Of a DNA stretch of 64,000 nt, positions 39,173 to 52,950 are shown piece after piece. The number at the start of each line of letters is the position of its first letter. The first letter of the stretch is position 1. Under the pieces are notes generated by a model. The model was not told the origin of the DNA, ran no database searches, and saw nothing but the letters and a program-made list of their open reading frames with translations. Source of the DNA: Callorhinchus milii (taxonomy: Eukaryota). A program made the translations under genes and the position numbers. Location of the stretch: the NCBI RefSeq assembly GCF_018977255.1, contig NW_024704742.1:47864001-47928000 (forward strand). The letters are read 5' to 3'.

Positions 39173-41944
39173 ATAACTCCCCCTCTTTGTTTTGCATCTT
39201 CTCTGCAACATTTGAGAGATCCTGGTATATGGAGCGGCCCTCTCCAGGTATGTGAAATCTCCTTCCACTTTTGACTAATTTTTTAAAAAAAACTGGCAGT
39301 CTTTGTAAATGTAAATTTTGGATATTGGGGGTCATTTCTAACTTTTTTGTTTAATATTTCTATTCTGGGCTTGATCGCCCAAAAGGTGAGTCAAATCCTT
39401 GTTCTCCTTGGTCCAGAAATAATTTTTGGGTGATTGCAAGTTTTAAGGCCCGGTCTATCATAAAAATAATCTTTATAATCCTTGCAATTGATCCTTCCTC
39501 ATTAGGTGGATATCTCGAAGTGCTTCACTGGATTTATTGTAAAGTGTCATGACAGTGAATTTTGTGGACAAACACAGCAGCCAATTTTCACACAGCAATG
39601 TCCCACCGTCAGTCACGAGGTGAATGGAAAATGTTGTCAGGTGGACTGCAGACTTTGACGCTGGAAGCAGAAACTTCCTTCGCTTTTCAAATGTGCATGG
39701 CCCAGCAATCTTTAACATGCATCTGAACAGGCAGACAGGGTGACTTAACATCCCATCTGAAGCACATCCGAGCACTGCAATGGAGTGTCAACCTAGACTA
39801 CATTAGATCAAATAATGGACTTGTGGGCTTGCACCCACAATTATGTGACTCAGAGGTAAGAGTGCTGAGCCAGTTTAATACCTGAAGTACCTTGATCTTT
39901 GACATAGTACTTTGAACACTCCAGGTTGATCAGCAGTGTGCCAAACAGTCTGAAGATTCAAATGGCCCCATTTATAGGGTGGAACAGAACCCCTCTACCA
40001 GCCAATTCTAGTAAAAATAACCTTTAGCTAGGGGCCATCCACCAATTCTCAAGCACAATGCTATAAAAACTGGAGAGAGCAAGTTATCCTGGGCAAAGTA
40101 GAAGAGTGGAAGTTTTATAGTCATCTGAATTGTAATTCATCGGGAAGAGTCATGTGACCTCTTTGATGGCTCTGCCTCAACACACTTGGTGTATTTTAAA
40201 ATTACTGTGACTAATAAGATCCCACTGAACCTAAGTTGTCAACTTTGGAGTTTTGCTTTCGACCTTTGGTCCTGAAGACTGCCTGTCCATCTCTCGGTAT
40301 CTCTCTTCTTCATTCAAGTATTTAAAAGCGTTTTGTGGCTTGTTTGAGGAATTCATATATTTTTGTATATTATTTGTAAATGATAAATGGTTATTAGATG
40401 CTGAATTGATAAGATATTTGTATCAGAATTTAAACTTCCAACCTTTTGATGCATCTGTGTTGTATTTAGAAATGAAAATTGGTAGACAGTTACAGAACAA
40501 CATTGATTTTGCCATATCCTCATTTGTTTTATTTTGTGATAAGCAGAACATTTCATTCCTCTAAACAACAACAATAACTTGAATTTATTAACTGCCTTTC
40601 ATGTGTAGGATAATGTGTAGGAGCTCTTCAGAAATATAGAGTTGCACACCGAGCAAGGGGGAGAGGGAAGGGGTAAGTACCATGAGCACAGTCTTTTTTC
40701 AGCAGGATTTAAAGGCGACAGAAGGGGTGAGAGGGAGTTCCAGTGGTTGGAGCCTAGTAGGCGGTGGCTTGGCCATTAATGGTGGCGTCGGGAAGACACA
40801 GAGGGCTTTGAGTTAGCCGAGTGGCGTGCACGAGCAAAAGAGTGGGGTAGGAGAAAATAAGAGATTGAGAGGTGCTAAGGTGAAGGGATTTCTAAGTGAG
40901 GACATTGAAGTACATTGGTTGGGAGTGAGGAGAGGACTAAAGTGACAAGTGTGTGGAGTTTGTTGCAGGTGAGGATTCAGGCTGAGATGTCTTGGATCAG
41001 TTTGTGCTTAATGTGCTATTTAAAGTTGAATGGATAGGAGAGCCACCGATTGGTAAGTTACCACCAACTAATATTTACGAAATATACTACTGAAAATAAC
41101 ATGTTTTAGGATTTTACTATGGATATTATAATCTGCCTGAAGGCATCGCAACTCTGAGATTGACAGAACAACTCAGACATGACAACTGAACGGAGAACTT
41201 GTTCCTTTGAAAAGGGTTTTATGATTCACCAAAGAATTGGTTGGTTTCTAACAAGCTGATTAGGGAGCAAAAACCAAGACTCAGATACAGAAGATATTTC
41301 ACACAAGCAAATGGCAACCATCACAGATGAATGCAGTACATGACACATTTAGATCCAGAGAATTTTCACTGGTGGGGACTGAACTTAAAGGGGCATTTCT
41401 ATCCCACATCCAGAAACATTTAAAACACATTTCTACAGATGAAGCAATAATCTATGTATTTTTATGTTTTTGCATCAAACCATAGGAAGATTGAAATAAT
41501 ATGAAAGCAGGAATCTAGTAAGTCTATAAATACAATGTCTTTAATTATCAAATATTCTGTAAAATTTACCTAAAATTCTGTAACAGCTGCTTAAATGGTG
41601 ACCATCTGGCCTACAAAATAATAATTTGACAAGAATAATCCTTGCATTTGAATACAGCGCCTTATCGCGTCTTTGAAACGTTCTCAAAGCTCTTCACAGA
41701 ATATACTGTAAACCAAATTCACTGTAAAGATAACGCTGACAAAATCGCCATTACGTTTATTATTATTATTATTATTATGATGGAAGGGCAATTTTGAAAA
41801 TACAGCTTGGGAATTCCTAGGGGCTGGTGGGGATATTCCCCACTTTATATGTTTTTTTTTAAAAAAATGCCGTGTTTAGATCCCAAACCGCATGAGGCTG
41901 TGCCGGGTGTAAAACTACAGTCCCAATCAGCAGCAAGTCAAAAA

Positions 41945-42137
41945 CCCAAACAATAATAAATTGGTCATTTTCAATCCACGACTGTTTGTGGGACATTGCT
42001 GTGCGCAATTGGCTGCCGCCTTCGCCCACAAATATACAGTCAGTTCACTTTACGGTGTGTTCTGTGAAGCGCTTTGGGACGTCCTCCCGACGTGAAAAGC
42101 GCTATATCAAATGCAAGGATTATTATTATTATTATTA
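41945..42137 (+). mobile_element. Young 5'-truncated SINE upstream of UBE2K
   Basis: Near-identical to the copies at 2701 and 9765; (ATT)n tail. Confidence 0.9.
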
Positions 42138-42139
42138 TG

Positions 42140-43300
42140 GGCAACCCGCCCAGGGGGGGGGGGTGAGGGGTAAGTTGCGAGTTGAATGAGAGTATTGTGA
42201 CAGCCAGAGTTTATGCAGTGCGTGTCATTTGACGGGGGAGGGGGGGGGAGGGGGGGGCAGAGAGAAAAGAGGTTTAAGGTCGGGTCAGCGAAAATGTCAT
42301 TTATTTTCTCTCTCTCTCTCTCCCCCTCCTCCTCCTCCTCCTCCTCCCCCTTCATCCCTCCCGAGTCCCGCTCGGCTGCTGTGGTTTCCTGTGCACCCTT
42401 TCTTTCTCCCTTCCCGCCCACCATCTCTCTCTCTCTCTCTCTCTCTCCCTCCCCCCCCACACCCGCTTTTTTTTCGAGCTTGTGGACGACGTGTGGGAGG
42501 GGTGGGGGGGGGGAAGCAGAAGAAAGACGCCATTGCTCGGTGTTGTTGTTGATGCTGAGGGAGGAGGGGAGGGGGGGAGGAGCAGGAGAGTGAGCACAGC
42601 CAGAGGCCCAGCCCCGCGCACGCGCACCGCGCCGCCCTCCCCCCTCCTCTCTCTGTCTCGCCCCAGCGACCTCAGGCCGGCAGTTGCCCCACTGCGCCTG
42701 CGCCGGCCGCGCCGCCATTTTGGCCCCGTGGAGAGCCGAGTCCCTCGGATGCGGTAGGGAGGGAGGAGGAGGAGGAAGGAAGGAAGGAGGGAGGGAGACG
42801 ACGACGAGGAGGAGGAGGAGACGGAGGAGGAGAGGGCCGAAAGCCGAGAGCCGAGGCCGGGAGCCGAGGGGGGCAGCGCGACTCGAAATGGCCAACATCG
42901 CGGTGCAGCGGATTAAGCGGGAGTTCAAAGAGGTCATGAAGAGCGAGGAGGTGAGGCTTAGCCCCCGAGCAAAATACACCCTACCCCCTCCCTCCCTCCC
43001 TCTCTCTACCCCTCTCTCCCCTTCACCGGCTGCGGCTGTCTCCTCCCTCACCCCCCCCCCCCCCACACCTCCTCCCCTCCTTGTGACACCGCACCGGGGG
43101 TGACGGACAGGCGGCCGAGGCGCTTTAGGAAAGTCCACGGGGGCGGGCGAGGCCTTCACCGTCAATACCCGAGAGGGGTGGGGGGGGCACAGAGCAAATG
43201 TACCAGTGTACCAGTGTGTGTGTGTGTGTGTGTCTGTCTGTGGTGTAACAGCAGTCACTGATGGGCGCGAGTGGTCATGGATGAGGTACATTTTGCGGTG
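42140..43300 (+). promoter_or_regulatory. UBE2K: CpG island: UBE2K promoter and 5' UTR
   Basis: CpG-dense. YY1 consensus GCCGCCATTTTG 42711-42722; NRF1-like TGCGCCTGCGC 42693-42703; GGA-repeat leader before the ATG. Confidence 0.88.
42888..42950 (+). CDS. UBE2K: Ubiquitin-conjugating enzyme E2 K, exon 1 (63 nt)
   Basis: MANIAVQRIKREFKEVMKSEE followed by a GTGAGG donor. Confidence 0.98.
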
Positions 43301-45661
43301 CAGCGGTTGAAGTGCCTGCACTCAGGTGGTTGGTTGGGGGGAGTGATGCTTTGCTTTGCGGGAGGGTTCGTGTGGGGGGAGACCCGTGCCCAGGCCGGTG
43401 GACCCCGAGGCTTTTGGAGGTGTGTGGTAGTCTAACCTGGTAAATCAGACAGATGTGCAGGAGAGCAACAATGTGCAGGTTTTTTTTGGGGGGGGGGTCA
43501 TTGACAAAGAGCTTCACAGTGTGTGATTTTTTTTGACAGCGGCTGCGGTTTGCAGGAAAGGCATTTGAATTCTCCAGTGGATTTGCAGTGCTGTCAAAAT
43601 TATGCTTCATTCCCTCCGCTAATGTTCATTTCAGTGATGAACAAAGGGAAGTATGGAAGTATGCCACGGCATTATTCGAAGGATATCAAGTTTCGCTCGA
43701 CATTTTGGGGTTTTTAAATAGATTTCAGGCAATCGCACTTCTGGAATTATCGGCCGCTTCGGTTTCTTGCATCTGCAATAATTTGTTTCTCAGGAGAGAA
43801 ATAGAATTTCAGGGCAGTTTGGGCCTATGCTGTAGTATGAAGTTTCAGGTAGTTATCAATTTGGTTGAGTCATGATGTCAGATTGTATGGTGGACAGGGT
43901 GAACTACTGACAAACATTATGATACTTGGTGAACATACCCTAGTTCTTAACTGATTCTTAGTTTTTCCAAAAAATATTTTTCTTCTACTTATTATGAACA
44001 ACTTATCAAATATCTATAGCGTTGGTGTTAATCTCTTATCGGTTTGGAACATCAGTGCTTGTGTAGTATCTGTGTTGCACAAACTCTTCTGGTTCTGCAA
44101 CTTGGTTGATTTGCATTGACAATCTAAAACAATAATGTTGCATTTTAACTATAAATACATATCCACAAATGATCTCTATGTTAATAGCTGAGAATACTGT
44201 TATTTAATAGTTACCATATAGAAAACTCTTTCATTCGATTTTGAGCTGTGTGTACTATAGAGATGCACATTTCCTACCAATAGAGTGTTTCTGAATTTAA
44301 GTATGTGTAGTATGTTCTGTCAGTTTTGTTGGCATTGAAACAATAAAGCCTGACTGGTTCAGTTTATTCTGAAAATAGGAAGTTCAGTGTTTTTCAATTC
44401 TAGGCCATTTTAAAAGTCAGCAGATCATGGGGGAGTGTGCCTTCTGTTTATTCCCAATACCATTTTTTCTCAAGCTCCATTTACCTATTCCATTTGAGCT
44501 GATAATGTCGTTATGAACTTGGACTTGCTGATCACAAATTAAGATCATTTAAGTTATGGCAGTAAAAAATGATTATTATACAGAGTTCTACTAATTTATT
44601 TATATAATAGAAAGTATTGATTTTAATATTTTGAAATGTCCTTAGACTTTTTCTGAAACCTACCATGATGTGTAAGCTACAGGAAGATGGATTTCCTAAT
44701 TGATAAAGCAATGTTGTGTTAAGCCTGAATGTAGCCTTGAGCATGAGACTGTATAGTAAATACTGTATATAGATATCATTGAAAGGTGATTTTGCTTTAT
44801 GATTAAACCATATGTTGGAAATGTATCGACTGCTGACTTTCTGTCCCATTGCATTATTGTTTTCTCAATACTGAATGTAATAGTCAGAAGTCAGTCGTTT
44901 CAAATCTGAGGTTAGCAAGCATTTCTTCATACATAGGGTTGTGAAAGTGGAACATTCTGCCCCCCAAAAGCTCTATTGGAGGAATCAACAGGGATGTGTA
45001 AAAGAGGTGAACTTAAACCCCGGCTAACTGGACCAGTCGGGGAGAGATCCAGTCTGGAGAGATCGAATTTCCAGCTAAGTGTAGTTTCAATGCCGATACT
45101 CGCATTTACTGGCTTTTTACGGCCCTGGTTTTTTTGTGAGGCTGAAAATTTCTGGTAAATGCCAGTCCTGGCATTGTCATTGTTAAAATCCCACAAGCAG
45201 AAGATAGCAAATAAGCCAATGAGTCAAAGTTAATATTCCTGACCGCTGAAGGATGGATGTGCACTAGGTGGGTGGGTGGGAATCTACACTTGCGTTGGCC
45301 TGCGCATTTGTTTTTTAATTTTTCCGTTTTTGGGTCCTCCTCGGCTAGGTCTGAATTCTGGATACCCGTGGGCCATGGATTTCTGTAGTAGAAGGAATTA
45401 AGGATGTATAGTTAGTTATTTGAGGAGGATAAGTTTGCAGGGTTATGGGGAGAGTGCGGGGAAATCGGATTAATTTGGGTAGTCCTTTTCAAAGAGCTGA
45501 CCCAGAACACGATGGGCCAAATGGCCTCCTTCTATGCTCTATGATTCTATATGGCAAAAGCAAAAGGATAAACCATTGGGATTAAAAGATCTGAAAAGAT
45601 CTAGTACTGGTGCAACAGGCTTGATGGGCTGAATGACTTTGTGTTTGTTTTGCTTTTTTTT

Positions 45662-46345
45662 TGGTTAGCCGGGTGTCTGACGCATGCGGAAACCCTTCAC
45701 CGTGCTTAAGAGTATCCAAACCAAACTGAGATTTCTATGCATCCCACCTACACATGGAAATCCCAGAGACAGATTGTTGGAATGGAATGCGCACTCTCTC
45801 CCTGGAGGGATGCATCCTAGTCACCTAATTCTGGAAAGTATTAGGCGCAGTTTGACAAGAGTCAAGGCTTGGAAACCCCAGTGTATGCGTTGGGGTACTT
45901 CTGGAGTCTAACCAGCTAAAACCACATTGCTTGCCAAGCTTTCCTGCTGCGTATCCAGCTAGAACCACCCTACCTCTTAGGGCTTTGGCTTGCAGGGTTA
46001 ACGGGAGCTGAGTGGGAGGATCCCCGCCCTCGGGTGCTGCTGATAAGCCAGGCTGGCTGTGCTGTGATCAGCAGTGCCCCGGAGTACGGGGGACCTGCCT
46101 GGCTCAGGAACTGGACTACCAAGCCAAGTTCAGCTCCAAGGAGACACTGCTAACCTCCCCCTAAGGGGGATAGTCACTAGTTGGTCGTTTGACATCTGAT
46201 AAGCATGGGTTTGAGGCCTCACTTGATGGATGGTAGGTATCAGGAACTCCCTGCAAGCTTCCTGGTGCGCAAAACAGCTCAGTGTAAATGCGTGAGGGAA
46301 TTGCCATCTTCCTGTCCGCAGCTCAGGCACATGCCCCTTCCCACT
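45662..46345 (+). repeat. Longest copy of the unassigned ~700-bp interspersed repeat
   Basis: Colinear similarity to 19880-20115 (+), 52560-52950 (-) and 61340-61760 (-). Confidence 0.8.
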
Positions 46346-46397
46346 GAGTGATGTTTCCACCAATTGGTGGTGTGGAGTTTCCTATATCCTATTCTAA

Positions 46398-47640
46398 TTA
46401 CAACAACAAAATTACATTTGTATAGCACCTTTCACGTTGGAAGGACATCCCAAGGCGATGGACAATTCGGACCCGAACTCGGGAGGGTGGAGGGCAGGGG
46501 GGCAAGGAGGGTGATCGAAGGCATGGTCGAACAGGAGGGTCTTGAGGTGGGTCTTGAAGGGGGCAAGGGAAGGGGTGAGGCGGAGGGACTGCGGCATGGA
46601 GTTCCTGAGGGTGGGGCCAGAGTGGCTGAATGCCCACCAGCCAATGGTGGGGCGGGCGAGTCGTGGGACGTGAAGCAAGCTGGAGCCCACTGAGGGTAGT
46701 AGGGGATTAGGAGGTTGCAGAAGTAGGGGAAAGCGAGGCCACTGAGGGCTTTGAAGGTGAGGAACCAAGATCTTGAACTGTATCTTCTGTGTGATGGGAA
46801 TCTGGTGTAGTCGGGCGAGGACGGGGGTGATAGAGACACGGAGCCTGGTGCGGGAGAGGACACGGGCTGCTGATTTCTGGATGATCTGCAGACTATGGAG
46901 GGAGGAGTTGGGGAGGACGACAAGCAGGGAGTTTAAATAGTCGAGCCTGGATGTCATGAATGCGCGTATGAGGGTTTTGGCGGCCTGCAGCGTGCGACGG
47001 TGGTGGAGCCGGGGGATGTTGCGGAGGTGGGGGAAGGCAGAGCGGGTCATGGCACAGACGTGGGGTAGGAAGGTTAGTCAAACAAGATGCCAAGGTTCCG
47101 GACTGGCTCAGTGAGGTGGAGTGTGCATCCACGGATGGTGATGGTGAGGTGTGGAGGCGCTAACGGGAGCCACTCAGGAGGTCCTTGGTATTGTTGATGT
47201 TCAACTGTTGAAAGTTGGGTCTCATCCAGATATTCTGTCAGGACATCAGTTGTCCTGGAGTCAAGGGTGGAGGCAGAGATATAGAGTTGGGTGTCATGTG
47301 CATACATGGGAAAGTTGACCCCATGTCTGTGGATGATGTCACTAAGAGGGAGCATGAAGATATTGGAAGAGGAGGGAACTAGGACAGAGCCCTGAGGAAC
47401 GCCGCACAAGACGGTGTGGCGGCTGGAGGAGAAGCCGTTTGTGGAGATGAAGTGGAGACGGTGTGAGAGGTAGGATCTGAACCATTCATGAACCACGGCT
47501 AAGGCGAGGCAGTGGAGGAGGATAGGGTGGTCAACGGTATCGCAGGCAGCAAGGAGATCAAGGAGGACGAGGAGGTAGAGGGAGTCCTGTTCGCAGTTGG
47601 AAAAAATGTCATTTATCACTTTGACCAAAGCAGTGGGTGG
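46398..47640 (-). mobile_element. L2 LINE, 5'-truncated within the RT domain
   Basis: TALVKVINDI...LLVLLDLLAACDTVDHPILL...GVPQGSVL...YAHDTQLY; SRLDYLNSLL; frameshifted. Confidence 0.93.
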
Positions 47641-50052
47641 CACAGAATTAGTGTGAAAGTCTAGTTCTTCTGAGTATTTAAGTTCTAATTCTGATTTGTG
47701 TTCACCAAAGCATTTTTTGTCAAACGCTTTGAGTATTATTTTGCATAATAAAATATAAATCACATTTGTTCCTCAAGTTTCTATTTTATTTTTAAAGTCT
47801 TCATACACTTAACAATTAATTTAAACACTGGCTTTTTAAACACCCCAAACACTCTGAACTTAAAGTAAAGGCAATCAGTCCTAAAATGGAATAAAATGCA
47901 TTTTTTAGGGTAAACAAGGAGTTTGATGATGGAGGGGAATAGCTGAGGATTGGAGTTGGTTGGGACATAAAGAGATTCAATGTGGGCTCAGAGATGGAGG
48001 ATGAGAAACATTGCTGTTTTTGTTTTTCAGCTCACCTAAGTTGGAAATTAACTTGGTTGTGGTGGTTGGCAAGTGAAATTTTCTCTCCATGTTTTATTAG
48101 CTTTTCCTATTCTGCTTACCAGAACCTAACAATATTTATGCATGTGCACTTTTTCAGGTTGATGTCCTCATTCTACAACAATAATTAGTATTTATATAAT
48201 TCATGTTTATTTATGAATAAATATTTTTTAGTTTAAAAAAAATCCACACTATAATTGGGACTTCTCTTTATGCACATCTGTATTATAGGTTGCGAAATAC
48301 AGTTTAATAAACCTTGAACAAGAAGTCATCATTTTAATTTCTACTTTTTAGTTTGTTTTAGTAAGATTTTATAGCTGCACGAGAAATTTTGTAATGCTAC
48401 TTCGAACCAGGATCCCCGCCCCCCCGAAAAAACTTGCAATCAGAAAGCAAGGCTTTCCTTCCTGCTGTAACTCTGACGCCCAACTGTATCCCCACCATTG
48501 TCACAACAAAGTCTTAATGTACAATTATATTTGACTTAGTGCCGTGTTTTGCCCACAAAATAGTCAATTCACTTTACAGTATATTCTGTGAAGTGCTTTG
48601 AGATGTCTAGAAGATGTGAACAGCGCTATATCAAATGCAAGGATTATTATTGTTGTTATAAACATCACAAAGCGCTTCACAGAGACTTGCTCTCAACTTT
48701 GTGATTTTGCATTCGTAAGCAAACAATCCAGTCAGTTTGTAGACAGGGTCCACAATGACCATTTTATTTGGAGTATTGTTAGTTAGAATACTGGGAGAAA
48801 CTTATTTTTCCTTTTGAATAGTGCATGAGATCTTTACCATCCACTTGAATAGGCAGGTGGGACCTTGGTTTAACACTCTCATAGAATTATAAAGCACAGA
48901 AGGAGGCCATTTGGCCCAATGTATCTATGCCGACTTTATTCGAAGAACAGCTCCTCTAATGCAGCAATCCTCCATTGCTGCACTGGTGACATCTTAGGAT
49001 GTGACCTCAAAGTCCTGAGTAGAACAGATGAAGGATTAAATTTGTGGTCTTTCTGGTCTACTCACCACACAACCAAACAATACGATGCATTTAACTGCTG
49101 GGGGTGGAGGGAACCCATAAAGGAGTTACAAGATCACAGTACTACAATTGAATGGATTCATGGTTGGGTTATGAAGGCACTGAATGCAGAGATGAAGAGA
49201 GTCTTGAAGGAGCATCTTTATAAGAATCGTTTTAAAAATGAAATTATTGAATAATTATAATATCTATTTTTAAAAATATTTAAATAATGGATGCTGATGA
49301 CATCCCTGGAGACACACATTTACAGGATGTGTTGAGCCCAAATGTGTCAGAGCTGAAATAACATCTTCGATTATAGTTTTATTTCTAATTCATCATTCTT
49401 ACATTGTCAGCCTTTATAGTCCCTCTAAGATGGTAGCCTCAGCTCTTGTAATGTAAACAATAATTCAAGATGAGAAATCAAATTCTAATTCATTCTTTTC
49501 AATTTTTTTTACAAAGAAGCAACCGTAATTGTGAAACCCTTGAAAATGTCCCACTCTAGGATCCAAAATCTACTGTGCTCTGTCACTTATAGTAGAGGAG
49601 CTTTTGGTATTGCTAATTGTTAAACAAGGCTTAATAATAATTATTTTCCTGTTGATATTATCTAGGTGTAGCTTTGTCTGTGGGCTGTGTTGTCTAAACC
49701 CATAAAAATGCGAAAGTAGTTAACAAAAGTGAAGTGACATTTAAATACTATATGAAAAACATTATAAGATGACTCCTGAATTTCCTTCAATTTAACTATA
49801 TTGAACGTTCCTTGTACCTTCTGGTTGCTAACAATAATGTAGCACTTAGTGAAATCCATTGTAGAATTGATACAACTGTTGACTTTCATTCCTGGTTCTG
49901 AAAATAATTGCTTGATGATAAAAATGTTGTAGCTAATGTTCTCTAAAGAATTGGAAAAAGGTGTTAATAAAACCAGTTGAAGCTAATAAAGTGCAACTAT
50001 CACTCGAAACTCTTAATATCTAACCATTATGTGTTTTCTTTTTCCTTTAAAG

Positions 50053-50146
50053 ACCAGCAAGAATCAAATAAAAGTAGAACTTGTAGATGAGAACTTCACA
50101 GAATTGAGAGGGGAGATTGCGGGACCTCCAGACACGCCATATGAAG
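50053..50146 (+). CDS. UBE2K: UBE2K exon 2 (94 nt)
   Basis: TSKNQIKVELVDENFTELRGEIAGPPDTPYE; AG acceptor and GTAAGG donor. Confidence 0.98.
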
Positions 50147-50976
50147 GTAAGGACTGGACATGGCACTCTATTCTGGTCGTTTTTTATTTCTTTCAATAGA
50201 AAGTTTTACTTTGAGTGAAGCAACACAGAAAAAGGCCATTCTGTGTCAAACCTGTCGCATTTTTAATACATTTTTTGATTTTACATGAATTTATCCCTCA
50301 AATATCAAGATTGAGTATTTTAAAGATAAACTTGACGAATGTGATAGTTTTTGCATCTTCTGCATTTTCCTTGTCTTGCATTCACTGCAATTTAGCAGAA
50401 GCAATTTACAAATCATCATTCATTGATTAATAATAAAGTGCTTCATAGGATATATTGTGAAATGCATTGACTTTCTTGGCGAACGCGGCAGCCAATTGCA
50501 CACAGCATTGTCCCAGAAACAGCCATGAAACAAATGACCAATTTTATTTGAGGGATTGTTGGCCAGGACACTGGAGGAAACTCGCATCTCTTTTCAAATC
50601 ATGCGATGGGTTCTTTAACATCCACCTAAGCAACAGGTGGGACCTCGTTTTAGCTTCTCATTTGATGGATGGCATCTCCTACAATGCAGCACAACCCCAT
50701 ATGAGTACCAAGTTCCAATGTGGAGCTGATCTGATAACCTTCTACTCAGATGCTATTCACACATGTTTATGGCAATTATCAGGTTTACAGTCTTTTTATT
50801 TGAAAGAATTGTGTTCTTATGGTTTGTTAATAGGAAATTTGCTCTTTCCAGAAGGAGAATCTTTTCACTATAACTATATCATAATTATCAAAACAATTTT
50901 TGTTTTAGTGAAAACGTTTCTGCATTTTATTGCTTCAGAACCCTTCTATTTTCTCACAGACTGACCATTTCTACGA

Positions 50977-51940
50977 CAACAACACCACCAAAATTACATT
51001 TATAAAGCGCCTTTCATGTTGGGTGGACGTCCCAAGGCACTGGACAGAGTTACGGACCCGAGCTGGGGGTCGGGGTTGGGGAGGGTGGAGGGTAGGGGGG
51101 AAGCAGGAAGAGATCGAAAGCCCGGTTGAAGAGGTGGGTCTAATGTGGGTCTTGAAGGTAGCAAGGGAGGGGGCGAGGTGGAGGGACTGCAGGATGGAGT
51201 TCTAGAGGGTGGGACAGAGTGGCAGAAGGCCCACCCGCCAATATTGGGGCAAGCGAGGTGGGGGACGTGAAGCAGGCGAGTGCCCGCTGAGCGGAGGAAG
51301 CGAGCAGGATGGTAGGGGGTTAGGAGGTCGCAGAGGTAGGTGGGAGCAAAGACCATGGAGGGCTTTGAAGGTGAGAACCAGGATCTTGAACTGTATCCTC
51401 TGTGTGATGGGAAACCAGTGGAGTTGGGCAAGGATGGGGGTGATAGGCTCTAGTGCGGGAGAGGACGCGGGCTGTAGAGTTCTGGATGATCTGCAACCTG
51501 TGAAGGGAGGAGTTGAGGAGGCCGACAAGCAGTGAGTTTGCATAGTTAAGCCTCATTGTAATGAAAGTGTGTATGAGGGTTTTGGTGACTGCGATGTGAG
51601 ACAGTGGCGGAGCCGGACGATGTTGCAGAGGTGGGGGAATGCAGAGCGGGTCATGGCGCAGATGTGGGGGTAGAAAGAATAGTTGAGCGTCAAACAAGAC
51701 CCCAAGGTTCTGGACTGGCTCAGTGAGGTGGAGTGTACAACCGTGGATGGTGATGCTGTCAGTGCCTGAAATAAGGAGACACTGACGGGAGCCAATCAGG
51801 AGAGCCTCGGTCTTGTTGAGATTCAACTGAAGAAAGTTAGCTTTTATCCAGGACTTGATGTCCGATAGATATTCAGTCAGGACAGCAATGGTCTTGGAGT
51901 CAAGGGTGGAGGCAGAGAGGTAGAGTTGGGTGCCATCTGC
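50977..51940 (-). mobile_element. L2 LINE 3' fragment
   Basis: ADGTQLYLS...NFLQLNLNKTE...LHWFPITQRIQFKIL. Confidence 0.92.
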
Positions 51941-52559
51941 ATTCGTTTCCATTCTAGGTAATTTTTGTGAATGCTACTTTGAAGTGGTGCCCCAAATTGC
52001 TATGCAATGACTTTGTTCTCTTCCTCCTTATGACTTGATAAGGAGTTGCTTGGCATCTCCCATAGTTACACAGTCGAGGTTGAGAATTCAGTGGAATGGA
52101 TAATCAAATTTGTTCCACACAGTTGATGTGGTGAGCTATCAAAGTCCTCTTTCTTGTTGTATGTTATGGTCTGCACTAATGTGAATTTTCTTATCCAAAG
52201 GATATTTTTTGGAGATGACTAATTGAACATCCAGTGCAGGATAGTTCCTGTGGTGTACTTGTATGTAATATAGTATCTTCAATGTATGAAGATTTGTTGT
52301 TTGATGCCAATTTGTTTTAGTTTAACTTATATATTACATCAACTGTAGTTTCCCTCTGCTGCACAAGGAGAAAGATTGCTTGTTCCTGCTTAACATAACC
52401 TAGTTAAACTATCTTGTTTCTGTTGGACCTGAATTATCTGCCTGGATTACTGTCATATTGAAAAGACCATCTCTTCAAGCTCGATTTTCATCAAAATCTA
52501 AAAGGACTTTGAAGCCCACATGGTCTCTTTTGCCGATATTTGCACATGAGGCAGACTGA

Positions 52560-52950
52560 TCACTTGGGGCAAGGATATCAGCTTCTGTTCATTCTGCAAG
52601 CTAAAGCCCTAATGGGTAGGGTGGTTTCAGATGGACAAGTCGTGGGAAGCTTGCCAGACATTGGTTTCAATGGCAAACTGTGCATTTTAGCTGGTTAAAC
52701 TCCATCAGTTGTCCAACATAGAATCTGGGCACCACGGAGGAATGCACTATACTTACCTAAATCCCGAGAGTATTAGCTGCAGGCTAGTAAAGTTGTTATT
52801 CGACTGCACCTAATACTCTTGGGATTTAGGTAAGCAGGGTGCATTTCTCTGGGCAGAGAGTGCATTCCTTGCCAGGTACGTAAATATCCAGTGTAGGTGA
52901 TATACATGGAACTCTGCATTGTTTGGATACTGTTAAGCGTGGTGATGGTT
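52560..52950 (-). repeat. Fragment of the unassigned ~700-bp repeat
   Basis: Reverse-complement similarity to 45690-46030. Confidence 0.72.

Noticed and set aside
41986-42189. Recurrent small ORF MWDIAVRNWLPRSPTNIQS... (also at 2765, 9516, 54209)
   Set aside because: Translation of the SINE body from a GTG; no sign of a real protein family
42107-43321. 404-aa antisense ORF across UBE2K exon 1
   Set aside because: Low-complexity GC-rich promoter sequence; the internal KMAA start-like context is just the YY1 motif
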